Positions 1 through 13,440 of a stretch of 64,000 nucleotides of DNA are shown one piece after another. This DNA is from the human T2T-CHM13v2.0 reference genome, Homo sapiens, in the NCBI RefSeq assembly GCF_009914755.1, contig NC_060947.1; one strand, given 5' to 3'. Each line of letters starts with the position of its first letter. Within the stretch, counting starts at the first letter, position 1. The translations under genes and the position numbers were made by a program. The notes beneath the pieces are model-generated. The model had not been told where the DNA came from. It made no database searches and saw nothing but the letters and a program-made list of their open reading frames with translations.

Positions 1-1118
1 ATGTAGTTGTTTAGTTTTTAAGAGTTCTTCTTGGAATTGATTTCTAATTTTTTCCACTGTGGTCAAAGTGGATGCTTGACATGATTTTGATGTTTTTGAA
101 TTTATTGAGATTTGGTTTTTTACCACGCATGTGGTAAATTTCAGGGGATATTCTGTGCACAGGTGAAAAGAATATGTATTGTGTGGTTTGGGAGTAAAAT
201 GTTCTGTAAATGTCTATTAGGTGTATTTGGTCAGTAGTCCAGTTTATATCCAGAGTTGCTTTGTTGATTTTCTGCATCATTAATCTGGCTAGTGATGTCA
301 GTTTGGTGTTGATATCCGCTATTATTATTGTACTGTTGTTAATCTGTCTTCTTAGGTTGGGTCGTACTAGTTTTAATCTGGGTGCTCTGGTGTTGGGTGC
401 ATATATATTTAGAATAGTTAAATCTTCCTCTTGCGTAGAAACCTTTATGTTATAATGGCCTTCTTTGTCTTGTTTTCTGCTGTTGGCCTAAAATCTGTTT
501 TATCCAATATGATAAAGATTACTCCTGATCACATTTATTTTGCATTTGTGTGATTTTTTTTCCCACCCTTTTACTTTGAGTCCTAATGTACCTTGAAACA
601 GTACATGGATCTCTTGTAGACAGTAGATGGTTGGGTCTTATTATCATTTTTTTAAGTCCAATTTGCCAGTCTCTATCTTTTAAGTAAGCCATTAAGGCCA
701 TTTTCATTCAAGGTCAATATTGATGTGTGAAGTTTTGTTCCTAAAGTAGTGAGATGTTTGCAAGTGAGATGTTTTAATTCTGTTTCAATTCTGCAGGTTT
801 TTTTTTATAAGATCTATGAGTTTTATAGCTGTGTGTGCTTTTCTGATGGTGATTGTTATCCTTATGTTCCCATGTTTAAAACTCCTTTAAGCATTTCTTG
901 TAGGAATGGTCTTGTGGTGACATATTTCCTTAGAGTTTACTTGTCTGAGAATGACTACATTTCTCCTTCATTTATGAAGCTTAGTTTGACAGCACAGAAA
1001 ATTATTAGCTGACGTTCTTTTCGTCTTCTCTAAGGAGGCTAAAAATAGGCCCCCAATCTCTCCTGGCTATTAGGGTTTCTGGTGACAATTCTGCTGTTAA
1101 TCAGATAAGTTTTACTTT
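1..1118 (-). mobile_element. Old LINE-1 (L1PB/L1MA-type): ORF2 endonuclease region and ORF1 3' part, continuing beyond the window start
   Basis: ORF 44..280 (DQIHLIDIYRTF...IIMSSIHFDHS-like) matches the L1 ORF2 endonuclease. The element resumes at 4148 after the MST insertion. Confidence 0.9.
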
Positions 1119-4100
1119 TGGATTAGTGCATTCTAACATGGCTGTAAAAAATACCAGAGACTGGATAGGTTATAAAAAAAAAAAAAGGTTTAATTGCCTC
1201 ATGGTTGCATGGTTACATGATACTGGTATCTTATCACTCCTGGAAAGGCCTCAGGAAACCTCCAATCATGGTGAAAGGCAAAGGGGAAGCAGGCTTGGCT
1301 TATATGTCCAGAGTGGGAGTAATAGAGAGAGGAGGAAGGTGCCAAAATCTTTTAAACAACCAGATCTTAGGAGAACTCACTATCACAAGAAAAGCACCAA
1401 AAGGATGGTGCTCTCATTCATGAGAAACCACTGCCATGATCCAGTTACCTCCCACCAGGCCCTTCCTCAAACATTGGTGGCTACAATTCTACATGAGATT
1501 TAGGTGAGGAAACAGATCCAAACAATATCATCCTGCCAATGGCCCCTCCAAATCTCATGTTTTTCTCACATGTCAAAATACAGTCATGCCTTTCCAACAG
1601 TCCCCCAAAGACTTAACTTATTCCAGCATTAATGCAAAAGTTCACAGTCCCAAGTCTCATATGAGACAAGGCTAGTCCCTTCCACCTATGTGCTTGCAAA
1701 ATAAAAGAAAAAAAAGTCAGTTACTTGCAAGATACAATGGAGGGATAGGCATTGGCTAAATAGTCCTGTTCCAAAAGGGAGAAATCAACCAAAAGAAAGA
1801 GGATATAGGCTCCATGCAAGTCTGAAACCCAGAAGAGCAGTCATTAAATTTTAAAGCTCCAAAATAACCTCCTTTGACTCCATGCTCCACATCCAGGACA
1901 TACTGATGCTAGGGGTGGGCTCCCACGTCCTTGGGCAGCTCTACCCCTGTGGCTTTGCAGGGATCAGCCTGTGCAGCTGCTCTCATGGGCTGGTGCTGAG
2001 TACCTGTGGCTTTTTCAGGTGCATGGTACAAGCTGTCAGTGGCTCTACTATTCCAGGATCTGGAAGACAGTGGTTATCTTGTCACAGCTTCACTAGGCAG
2101 TGTCTCAGTGTGGACTCTGTGTGGGGGATCCAACCTGACATTTCCCCTCCCACTGCCCTAGTAGAGGTTCTCTATGAGGGCTCTGCCCCTGCAGCAGGTT
2201 TCTACCTGGACATCTAGGCTTTTCCACACATCCTCTGAAATCTAGTAGTAGACTCCCTAGACTCAGCTCTTGCACTCTATGGACCGTATTTAACTCTATG
2301 GACTCTATTTAACACCTTGTAGCAACTGCCAAGGCTTATAGGTTGCACCCTCTGCAGCAGCAGCATGAGTTGTACCTTGGCCCCTTTTGGCCATGGCTGG
2401 AGCTGGAAAGGCTTGGATACAGGGATCAGTGTCCTGAGGTTGTACAGGGTGGCGGGGCCCTGGGCTTGGCCCTCCAAACCATCTTTTCCTCTTAAGCCTC
2501 TGGTCATGTGATGGGAAGGGCTGCCATGAAGGTCTGTGAAATGGCTTTGAGGCCTTTTCCCCTTTGTCTTGGCTATTAGCATTTGCAATCTTTTTAGTTA
2601 CGCAAATTTCTGCAGCCTGCTTGAATTCCTCCCATGAAAATGGGCTTTTCTTTTCTAATGCATGACCAAGCTGCAAAGTTTCAAAATTTTATGCTCTGCT
2701 TCCCTTTTAAATATATGCTCCAGTTTTTCATCATTGCTTTGCTCACACTTATGAACATAGGCTGTGAGACATGGCCAGGTCATACCTTGAATGCTTTGCT
2801 GCTTAGAAATTTATTCCACCAAATACCCTAAATCATCACTCTCAAGTTCAAAGTTTTACAGATCCTTAGGGCAGGTGCACAGTGCCACCAGGTTCGTTGC
2901 TAATGCATAACAAAAGTGATCTTTGCTCCACTTCCCAATAAGTTCCTCATCCCCATCTGAGACCTCATCAGCCAGGACTTCATTGTCCATATCACTATAG
3001 GCATTTTGGTCACAACAATTTAACAAGTCCCTAAGAATTTCCAAATTTTCCCTCATGTTTGTCTTCTTCTGAGCCCTCCACAATCTTCCAACATCTGCCC
3101 ATTATCCAGTTCCAACATTGCTTTGACAGTTTTAGAAATCTCTATAGCAGTGTCCCACTACTTGGTACCAATTTTCTGTATTAGTGTGTTCTCACATTGC
3201 TATAAAGAAATACCTGACACTGGGTAATTTATAAAGAAAAAAACTTAATTGGCTCACGGTTCTGCAAGCTGTACAGGTAGCATGATGCTGACATCTGCTT
3301 GGCTTCTGGAGAGGCCTCAGGAAACTTTCAATCATGACAGAAGGTAAAGGGGAAGCAGGCACATCTTACATGGCCAGAGCAGGAGCAAGAGAGAGAGGCA
3401 GAAACTGCCACACCCTTTTAAACAATCAGTTCTCATAAAAAGTCGCTTTCACAAGAGTAGCAACAAGGGGATAGTGGTAAACCATTCATGAGCAATGTGA
3501 TGGTTAATACTGAGTGTCAACTTGATTGGATTGAGGGATACAAAGTATTAGCCCTGGATGTGTCTGTGTGGGTGTTGCCAAAAGAGATTAACATTTGATT
3601 CAGTGGGCTGGGGAAGGCAGATCCACCCTTAATCTGGTGGGCACAATCTAATCAGCTTCCAGTGAATATAAAGCAGGCAGGAAAACACGAAGAAACGAGA
3701 GGGGCGAGCCTCCCAGCCTACATCTTTCTCCCATGCTGGATGCTTCCTGCTCTTGAACATCAGACTCCAAGTTCTTCAATTTTGGGACTCGGACTGGCTC
3801 TCCGTGCTCCTCAGCTTGCAGACAGCCTATTCTGAGACCTTGTGATCATGTAAGTTAATATGGAATATATTATATATATGTTATATAGGAGCTGTGCCAA
3901 AATGACCACTGTCTTCCAGACCCTGGAATAGTAAAGCCACTGACAGCTTGTATAGTTTTATATATATGTATAGTTATATATATATATATATATATATATA
4001 TCCTATTAGTTCTATCCCTCTAAGAGAACCCTGACTAATACAAGACACTTCTGCCATAATCCAATTACCTCCCACAGACCGCAACTTCAACACTGAGGGT

Positions 4101-4147
4101 TATAGTTTCACGAGATTTGGATGAGGACACAGATTCAAACCATATAA
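1119..4147 (-). mobile_element. Complete MST-family MaLR element (LTR 1119-1530, internal 1531-3176, LTR 3177-4147 split by MLT2A)
   Basis: Two related LTRs (tgtattagt...aaaccatatca pattern) flank a ~1.6 kb MST internal region. There is a 5-bp TSD ACTTT at 1114-1118 and 4148-4152. Confidence 0.92.
3496..4042 (+). mobile_element. MLT2A1-like solo LTR (HERV-L) inserted in the MST LTR
   Basis: Starts tgtgatggttaatactgagtgtcaac and ends ccctgactaataca, with an internal (TA)n tract. It is similar to the LTRs at 44940 and 50804. Confidence 0.93.
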
Positions 4148-7100
4148 ACTTTATAGGTGTTTTGACCCTTTTCTCTGGCTGCCTTTAAGAATTTTTCTGT
4201 ACCATTGACCTTGGATAGTCTGATAACTACATGCCTTGTTCATGTGTGTATTTTTATAATATCTTGAAGGTTTTCTTTAAAATTCTTGTATCTGCACAAC
4301 TGCTTCTCTAGAGAGATTAGGGAAGTTTTCTTGAATTACTGTTTTTTTTAGATGGCTTACTTTTTATTCTCTCTCAGGAATGTCTATAAGTCATAGGTTT
4401 GATCACTTTACATAATTCTATATTTCTCAAAGCTTTGTTTTTAAAATTATTTTTTCTTTATTTTTGTTTGTCTTAATTCAAAAACTGGTCTTCAAGCTCT
4501 GAAATTCTTTCTTCTGCTTAGTCTAGTCTACTGTTAAAGCTTTCCACTGTGTTTGGAAGTTTCTTAAGTGATTTTTTTTTTTTTAATTTTGAGAAGTTCT
4601 CTTTGTTGTTTTTCCTTTATCATCTCTTCCTTTATTTCCTCAATTGCTTTCATGATGTCTTTGTGTTAATTTTCAACCTTCTCTTGGACGTCATTATACT
4701 TCCTTGTAATTCATGCTTTGAATACATCATCTGTCATTTCTGAGTTTTAAATGTTTTTAGGATCTGTTGCTAGAGAGTTAGTATGATTTCTTGGTGTTGT
4801 GACTACATTCTGGTTTTTCATGATGCCAGAATTTTTATGCTGCTTCTTTCTCATCTGGAGAAGTTGGCACTTCTTTTTGAATTTATTTTTGCTTGGATGG
4901 TCTCTCTCTCTCTCTCTCTCTCTTTCCCCCTCTCTCTCCCTGTCTCTCTCTCTCCACCCCCCCCCCACCAACCCTTAATATATATATTCTTCTTTTAGGG
5001 AGTGTGACTATAGAGTATGTCGGGTAGAGCCTTTTGTCTTTGCTCCTATAGCTATTTGCACTTCTGTCAGCAGGCTTTTTCTTGGTCTGTGCAGTTTGAC
5101 CTGCAGGCCAGTAGGTGATGCTTATGCTTAAGAGGCAATAGAGGCAGGAGCCGCTGTGTGTGTATTTGATTTGTGTTTAACTTGAAGTATTTTCTACTTT
5201 CCTTAGGTGATGCGCTGCACATTGGAATGCCTAGTACCCGGAGCTTCAGGTTCAGTGTGGTGGGGGGAACACAGCTGAGCAGAGCGTGACTCCCTGACTT
5301 CCTCACAGTTTCCTCAGTGACAAGCACAGATGACTGGGGTGGCTGGGGGAGCTCCTGGTGAGATGCACTGAGGTCATTGCATGGGGTGAATGGTTGTTCC
5401 AGCTCCATGTGCTAGATACGCAGGAATGTGATTAGCTTTTCTATCACACTCCTGTCCCACTGCTTATGATTCAGATTCACACTTTTGTCTACCTTCAGGC
5501 TACAGTGTAGCTGAGACGCATGGAAATGCCTGTACTGTAGCATTCTGTGGGAGTGGTTTCAGGATGGAACCTCTTCACTCAGCCCAGTACAGACAGCTTT
5601 ATGGCTCACCTCTTCTCCAATGTCGTAAGGCTGCTGCTTTGTGCTGAGGAGGGTAGGGGCTCCACCTTTTGACCCATGCACGTGGGCAGCAGTTGTGATG
5701 GTATCCGCTAGTTGGGCTGGCCTGACCTCCTGGTGGGTAGTCAGGTGCCAGGAGTGGTGGACCAGGTTAGATAACTTCTTGACTTTCAGGCCCCTAAGTG
5801 GCCCACTGGATGGCATATATGAGTCCAGAAGGGGCTAGACCAGGATTATATCAGCCCAGAATTTAGGAGCTGCTGTGATTAAGAGGGATGGATTGGTCTC
5901 TGGGTCACTGACAGAACAGTCAGGTTAGGGCAGGGAGAATGCTCAGGCAGTGGAAGTCAGAGGGAAGATCACAGGCCTTAGAGGCTGGGCTGCAGGTGAA
6001 ATGGTCAGGAAAGAGCAGAATGGCTGTACTGTGAGCTTCTTACTGGGAAAGTTAGGACCCCATGGCTGGGGCAGTGAAAACTGGCAGCTGCGGGGCATAT
6101 GGCCTGCTTGCAGTTTCCTGCCATAGCAGTGGCACTGGGTTTCACCACTGGGAGCATGTAAAGTTGCCTGGCCTACCCATACCCTCCCTGGTCCTAGGGT
6201 GGCAGGGGTGGACAGAGGCAGCAGTGACATATGCCCAGGATGGCCTATCAGTGGCCCTGGAAGTTCAGCTATAGCCACAGTCTTCAGATGGGGACAGGGT
6301 GGGTGCATTGGGAGACTGTTACTGTGTAAGTAAGCTCCACCTGGAAAAGAGCTACAAAGGCAAGAGGTCACGCAGTGTGCAGTCTGCCTTCTTCTCCACA
6401 CTGTGGCTGCAGGTTCTGTCTTACACGCATGCAAAAATGCCCCACCTCCTCATTACATTCCTAGCCTGTGGTTGGCAGTGGCAGAGGCAGGCGTGGTAGC
6501 ACTTAGGCTCTCAGAGGAATGCTGAGCTGTGGTCACAGTGTTCAACTTGGGGAAGGGGAGCTGCACTGCACCACAAGGTTGTCACTGAAGCAGGCAAGCC
6601 CTGCATGGGAAGAAGCCACAGAGGTGAGGGATCATGCATTGCATAGTCTGCCCATGCCTCTGTGCCCTGATTTTGGTATCTACTTTGACAGTGCCTAAAA
6701 GTGCCCTGCCTCCATGTTCCCTGCCTGGCCCATGGATAGCAGAGGCAAAGGCAGCAGTGTCAGAGGCTGCAGAGAGCATATTACCAGCCTCTGGGAGTTA
6801 AGCTTCAGTTGCAGTGTTCAGGTGGGGATGGGGCTGGTGTGCTGGAGGCCTGTCTCCAAAGCAGACTAACCCAATTTGGTGGGGTTCAATGGAGGTGAAG
6901 GGTCATGTAATGTGTCATCCGCCTGCTGCTTTGTACAATAGGAGTGGCATCTGTCCTGAGGGTAGTATCTGTCCTGGGAGTGTGCAAAAGTGCCTGGCCT
7001 CTCTCCCTGGCGAGGCGGTGGTGGCTGGCATGGAGCTGCTTGGGTATCAAAAGCTTGTTGATTCCATGTGGGCTTGAGCAGTACCTTTGCTCAGTCTCCA

Positions 7101-7455
7101 GGCAGCTCCCCATTTCAATCTGGAGACCCGCTGGGGGAGAGGGGTTAAAAAGGACTCTCCTGTCATGAGGGTTGTAAAGGTCCATGATGGAAGTGTGGAA
7201 CCCCTTGGGTCTCTCACTCACTCACCCCTTCCGTATGTTAGGAAGCCTCTCCCAGGTTCACATCAGTACTGGCTCTTCAGGCTGCGTAGCTTCACTCTGC
7301 TCTGCTTTCTATGGTTCCCAATGCTTCCCTGGTGAATTTAAGGATACTCCCTTAGACAATCCACTGCAAGTGCCAATATGTACTTACTATTTTAATTCTT
7401 CTCCATGATATAGGCACTCACTAGCTGCTTCTAGTCAGCCATCTTGAACAGGGAT
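4148..7455 (-). mobile_element. 5' part of the same old L1: ORF1 remnant and long GC-richer 5' UTR
   Basis: ORF1 N-terminus-like peptide MRKKQHKNSGIMKNQNVVTTP in ORF 4747..4971. The reverse complement of caagatggctgactag (YY1-type L1 start) lies at ~7431-7446. Confidence 0.82.
4901..4968. repeat. (CT)n / pyrimidine-rich microsatellite
   Basis: Visible tctctc... run followed by a C-tract. Confidence 0.9.
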
Positions 7456-7469
7456 AGCTTCTCCCATAT

Positions 7470-7860
7470 TTAGTGTGAGACCTGCTCCAGCTTCTGGAGG
7501 TAAATTTAACTCACATGAGTATGGTGTACCTGCTTTCACTGGGTCCTCCCGGAGTTTTAACTATCAGACTTGTACACACAAAGCCTTAAGCAATTTATCA
7601 ATTATAGCTTGTGTTTTCCTACTCCATCACTGTTACCTGTTGTGGTTTCTGCTTATGAGTTTCTTCTCCAATAAGCTCTGACTCTTAGTAAGCCTATCTG
7701 CCTCTCCAATCTTGGGAGCAATGGTTTTCCCTGTGTCCTTGCATTTCTTATTTATCCAGAAGAGTAGTACATTTTTCAGGCTTCTTAATTTTTTTCCTTG
7801 CTAGAAAGAAGTGGCATCTTCCAAGCTCCTTACATGCAGAACTGGAAAACAAAAGCCCTA
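7470..7860 (-). mobile_element. 5' end fragment of an older L1M element
   Basis: cttccaagctccttacatgc...aactggaaa resembles the reverse complement of L1M 5' termini. Confidence 0.5.
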
Positions 7861-7974
7861 TTTTCAGAATTGTCATGCACAGAATATGTTCTTTAATTTC
7901 ATTTTCACATGTCAAAATCTAATGTTAATTGTTATAAGAAATATTAGTTAATGAAATATTTGTTTTATATTTTC

Positions 7975-8695
7975 TCCAGACTTTTTCATTTCATATAAAT
8001 ATTATCATATATGTGGTCTTTGTGACTGCCTTCTTTTGCCTAACATTACGTTTTCAAAATTTATCTAGTATGTATCAGTATGCTATTCCCTTTTATGGTT
8101 AAATAATATTCCACCGTATGCCTACATAACAGTCTGTTTATCTGATCATCTTTTGTATGAATATTTGATTTCTTTCCACTTTTGGGCTATTATTTATAAT
8201 ACTGATGTGAACACTCATGTAAAACATTTTCAGTGGACACAAGTTTTTATTTCTCTTGAGTATATATCTAAAGTGGAATGCAGAATAGGTGGGTTATGTG
8301 GTAAGTATATGTAAAATTTAGAATAACTTTCAAAGTGTTTTACAAAGTACCTGCTACATTTTACATTTTTACAACCAATATGTGAGAGTTCTGATTTTTC
8401 CACATCTTCACCAACACTTGTTTTTATGTTTTTTTTTTAAATTATAGGCTTCCTCTATGAAATGGTTACTCATCTTTGTTTTCGTTTTCATTTCCCTGAT
8501 GACTAACAATATTGGATATCTTTTTAATGTGTGAATTGGTCATTTTATATACAATTTGAAGAAATGTTTATTAATGTTTTTGCCTGTATTATTTGTCTTT
8601 TTATTATTCAGTTGTATGAGTTCTCCAAATAATCTTGATGCAAGTCTCTCATCAGATTCATGATCTGCAAATATTGTCTTCCATTCTGTGTGTAA
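7975..8695 (-). mobile_element. L1M (MB/MC/ME-type) 3' end fragment
   Basis: Degenerate ORF2 C-terminal and 3' UTR motifs (ttccacttttgggctattat, cacatcttcaccaacacttg, tttgcaaatatt-like). Confidence 0.75.
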
Positions 8696-8764
8696 ACATC
8701 TTTATAATCTCAACTTTATTTTGACTAATGTCTAAAATGGCTATCAATGTAAGACATAAGCATT

Positions 8765-9173
8765 TGCCTTGTCTCAATGTGCCTCCAAGAATTTGTATCT
8801 TGAAACTAAATTACCAACATGGTAGTATTAAGAGGTGCGGCCATTAGGAAGTGATGAAATTGAGGGAGGAAGTCTTCAGGGATTGGATTGGGGCTTTATA
8901 AAAAAGGCTTGAGGAATGGGTTCACTATCCTCTGCTTCTCTGCCATATGATAATACAATGTTCATCCCCTTGCTGTCCTTCCTATCCCTTCCATCATGTG
9001 AGGATATCTAGATGATGCCATGTGTAAGGAAGAGGCCTTTACTAGAAACCAAATATACCAGTGTCTGGAGATTGGACTTTTCAGCTTCCAGAACTGTGAG
9101 GAAACAAATTTCTGTTCTTTATAAATTATCTAGTCTCAGGTGTTTTGTTATAGCAGCATGAACCGACAAGATA
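8765..9173 (+). mobile_element. MaLR solo LTR (MSTC/MSTD/MLT1A-like)
   Basis: Typical 3' motif ttggactt...ccagaactgtgag...aaatttctgttctttataaatta...ttttgttatagcagca. Confidence 0.75.
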
Positions 9174-10849
9174 ATATTCTTACACAAATTAATATAAATC
9201 TAGATGGGTGGGACACATGAGAACAATTTACCAATAAGTAGTTTTAAATAAAATACTGAGAAAATGAATTCTTCAGTTAAATAAAAATAACATACAAAGA
9301 TCTATGTGTGTGTGTATATATAATATCTATCCATATCTATATAATCTTGATTTTACATATACACAAGGAAAATATGTTGTAAGATTCCATATGGAGTTGC
9401 ATTTCAAGAAAATATTTAGTTTAAGCTAAGTTATAAAGAGCAATGTTAGATAACATACACATCTTATAATAGTCTGTAATCGTATTTCCTTTCATTACAG
9501 ATAAAACTTGAAATTTGAGAAAGTATTATTTCAAAATGTGAAATATGCTAATGTGAAGGTGCCTGAATGAATTGTTCAAGAGCTGTCTTATTGGAAAAAT
9601 AAATGTAACTACATCTTTATTAACTTAAGCATAGTATACTGAAATTTGCTTACAGCAGTCAACTCTGAGCAATTCTTCTGGCCAAAATGCAGTGACAATG
9701 CTTTACTTCTATTATCTGAGATTGAAACAAATTCTGCCCATAACTTCTGGGTGATAAAAAGCTAAGAGTTTTAAAATTAAGCAGATTTCATTTGACAACT
9801 GAGCTAAAATTTTGAGTCAGCCCTAAACTCCAATCTGCTATGTCCTTTTCACTTTTGGTGACCTTTTACTATGCTTTAACTTTAGTGCCTTAACTTGGTA
9901 AAATTGAAAGAAGAACAAAATAAATGTTGTGAGAGAAACTTGATTTCTCTATATTATAATTTGATTGTAAAATAATCACATTAATGATTCTAAGTCCCTT
10001 AATAATTGACTTACTAGCAGATATATTATCAAGCAAACACTAGTTAATGTTACTTTGTCAGATATAATTACAATGCAAATTAAACATACACAATGCATGC
10101 CCTCAAGGAATTTATATACCACGACAGACATAATCACAAAGATACACATAAATGTATATACATCATATGACCAAATTTATATTTTTGTGTTGAAATTATT
10201 AGTAATATAATAAATATACAAATCAAGTATTATTTCTATAATGTATAAGGTTATTAATTTTAACTAGCATAGTACCCATGTTATTTTTATTTTGAGACAC
10301 ATGTATCATATATTACTGAAGTATAACAACATGAAACAGAGGACAGAACTATATTTTTGATACATTATATTCATAGCTTAAATGTAGCTTATTTTTTGGA
10401 TGTATGCTTATTTATTTGAGAATCTATCTTTTTGTTCCAAGAAAGTAGTTTTGGACTCATGCTACAGCTCATCAATTAATTGCATGAATGTGATATGCAG
10501 TTTTTGTGCACCTTAAAATTTAAATTATGCAGTATATATGTCAAATGATCTGCAAACTAAATATGCAAGCAATATTACATATAATTTAGGACAACTATAA
10601 GACACTTTTTATAGTGTGTTTTTTTAATATAAACTCTGTTAACAGGACTAACTTTAAAAATACCTAATCTTTGCTCTTCACAAAAATAATGTCAATTATG
10701 TCCTGTCCATGTCCAAATTCTATATATCACGTGTCAGAAGAAAATTCAATATTCTTTAAAAAGTTACCTATAGATTGTGTCTATTATACACAAACAACTT
10801 TTGATGTCTGAATATTTTATTGCTATAATAATTGTGGATGCTTTTTAAT

Positions 10850-10968
10850 ACATTAAAATAAAATGTTTTAATATTAATTTAATGTTAATATTAATGAAAT
10901 GTTTTAATATTAATATTAATATTAATAAAATGTTTTAGTATTGATTTAATGTATTAATAATACATTAA
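10850..10968. repeat. AT-rich low-complexity tract with ~3 degenerate copies of aaaatgttttaatattaat
   Basis: Direct inspection. Confidence 0.75.
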
Positions 10969-13440
10969 CAAAACAAAGATGCCTATGTTTGCCACTTCTA
11001 TTCAACAAAGTAATGGAAGTTTTAGCTAGAACAATTAGGCCAAAAAAAGAAAAAAGAAGAAATAAAAGACATCCAAGTTGGAAAAGAAAAAGTAACTATT
11101 TTGTATTGAAGATGACATAATCCATATATAGATAACCCTAAAGATTCCCAAAAAAACTCTTAGAACTAATCAATTTAGCAAAATTGCAAGATAAAAAAAT
11201 AACCCACAAATATCAGTGGCTATTCTATATACTACCAACAAAAAATCTGAGAAGAAAATCAAGACAACACGTCCATTTAAAATAGCATCAGAAATAGTAA
11301 AACTACTTAGGAATAAACTTTAAAATAAGAGGTGAAAAACTTGTACACTCAAAACTAAAAATATTGCTGAATAAAATTGAAAAAGACACAAATAAATAGG
11401 AAGATATCTTGTGTTCATGGATTTAAAGACTTCATATTGTTAAGATGTTGCAGTACTACCCAAAGAAATGTAAGAATTAAATGAAATCCTTTTCAAAATC
11501 CCAGTAAAGATTTTGCAGAAATAGAAATGTACATCTTAAAATTAATATGAAATTTCAAGGGATACCAAACAGCTAAAGCAATATTGAAAGAAAATTGGAG
11601 CTCTTATACTTTCTGATAGCAAATATATTACAAAACTAAAGCAATCAAAACAGTCTGGGACTGGCATAAAGAAAGATATATAGATCAATAGAATTGAACA
11701 GAGATTATAGAAAAAAATTGCATAATGTTCTTATGATTTTTGGCAGGGATGCCAAGACCCATTCAATGGGGAAAAAAATGTTTTCAACAGATGTTGAGAA
11801 AACTGAGTATCTACATAAAAAAGAATAATACAGTAGGGCCCTTACTTTATATTTAAAAAAAATTAAAAAGGTAAGAAAAACATATATTTAAACACTAAAA
11901 CTATAAAACTTTAGAACATATAAGGACATGATTTGTGACATTGGATTTGGTAATGATATCTTGAATGGCACATCAAAAGCATAGTAAACAAAAGGAAAAA
12001 AGGATGAATTAGGTTACATCAAAATTAAGTTTTTTGGCATCAAAGGGTACTATCAACAGAAGGAAAAGTCAATCCAGAGAATGGGAGAAAATATTTGCAA
12101 ATTATATATAACATGTTAGTATCCAGAATATGTAAAGAACACCTAGAATTCAACAACTTAAAAACAACAACAACAAAAAAAACAAATTATAAAATGGGTA
12201 AAAGGCTTGAATAGACATTGAAGATACAAATGGCCAATAAGCACATAACATGTTTGATATCACTAATTATTAGGGAAATGCACATAAAAACCATAATGAG
12301 ATCACACATTACACCCATTATAATGATTATCTCCAAAACAAAAAAGAAAGAAAAAAAACCAAAAAACAGAAAATACGTGTTGGTGAGAATGTGGAGAAAT
12401 TGGAATATTTGTGCACTTCCATTAGAAATGTAATGTATTGCAGCTGCTGCAAAACACAGTTTGGTAGTTCTTCAAAAAATTAAGTATAGAATTACCATAT
12501 GATGTAGTAATTCCACTTCTGGGTATATCAGCAAAAGAGTTGAAATCATGGACTCAATCAGATATTTGTACACCCATGTTCATAGCAGCAGTATTTTCAA
12601 GAGTCAAAAGGTGGAAACAACCCAAGTGTCCATTCACAGACTAATGAGTACACAAAATGTGGTATATACGGTAGTTTCTCAGTATCTATGGGGGATTGGT
12701 TTTAGAGACTTTTGTGGATACCAAAATCCACTTATGGATGCCTAAGTCCCTAATATAAAATGATGTAGTATTTGCCTTTAACATATGCACATGCTCTTTT
12801 GTATTTTTAATCATCTCTAGATTACTTATAATTCCCCATACAATGTAAGTGCAATGTAAATAGTTGTTATATTCTACTGTTTAGAAAATAATGTTAAGGA
12901 AAAAATATTTTTACATGCTCAGTACAGAGGCATTTATCCATTTTTTCAAAATATTCTTGATCTATGGCAATTTGAACCTATGGATGCAGAACCCAAAAAT
13001 ATGGAGGGACTAATATATGAACAATGCAATATTATTCAGCCTTGAAGAGGAAGACAGTTCTGACACATGCTACAACATGGATAAATCTTAAATACATTGC
13101 GTAAGACTTAGTGAGATAAGCTAGTCATAAAAGGACAAATACACTTATATTTGGTATAGAAGTACTAAATTAGTCAAATTCATACAGACAGAAAGTAGAA
13201 TGGTAGTTGCCAGGGGATGGGTGTAGGAGAAATGGGTAATTATTGTTTAATAGGTAAATTCTCAGTTTTTGAATATAAAAAGTTCTAGAGGTAGATGGTG
13301 GTGATGTTTCCACAACAATGTACGTTAACAAGATTTCCATTAACAATATAGTTAATGCCACTGAACTGTACACTTAAAAATGGTTAGAATGGGAAATTTT
13401 ATATTAGCATATCTCACTACAATTTTTAAAAAGTAAATGA
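10969..13440 (+). mobile_element. L1MA/MB 3' portion (ORF2 RT to 3' UTR), interrupted by MER2
   Basis: ORF 12218..12433 (IIREMHIKTIMRSH) matches the ORF2 C-terminus. The L1MB-type 3' end reads gccactgaactgtacacttaaaaatggtt. Confidence 0.88.
12669..13015 (+). mobile_element. MER2 (Tigger-derived non-autonomous DNA transposon)
   Basis: Contains ggggattggtt...ggataccaaaatcc...aatcatctctagattacttataat...gaaccc...atggaggg. It has degenerate TIRs and TA flanks. Confidence 0.85.

Noticed and set aside
1882-3083. ORFs in the MST internal region
   Set aside because: These are fragments of the decayed MaLR internal ORF or its antisense strand.
5000-7450. GC-richer region with many overlapping ORFs, resembling a gene or promoter
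   Set aside because: It lies between an L1 ORF1 start and an L1 5' terminal motif, and is CpG-depleted with no recognisable protein; best explained as L1 5' UTR.
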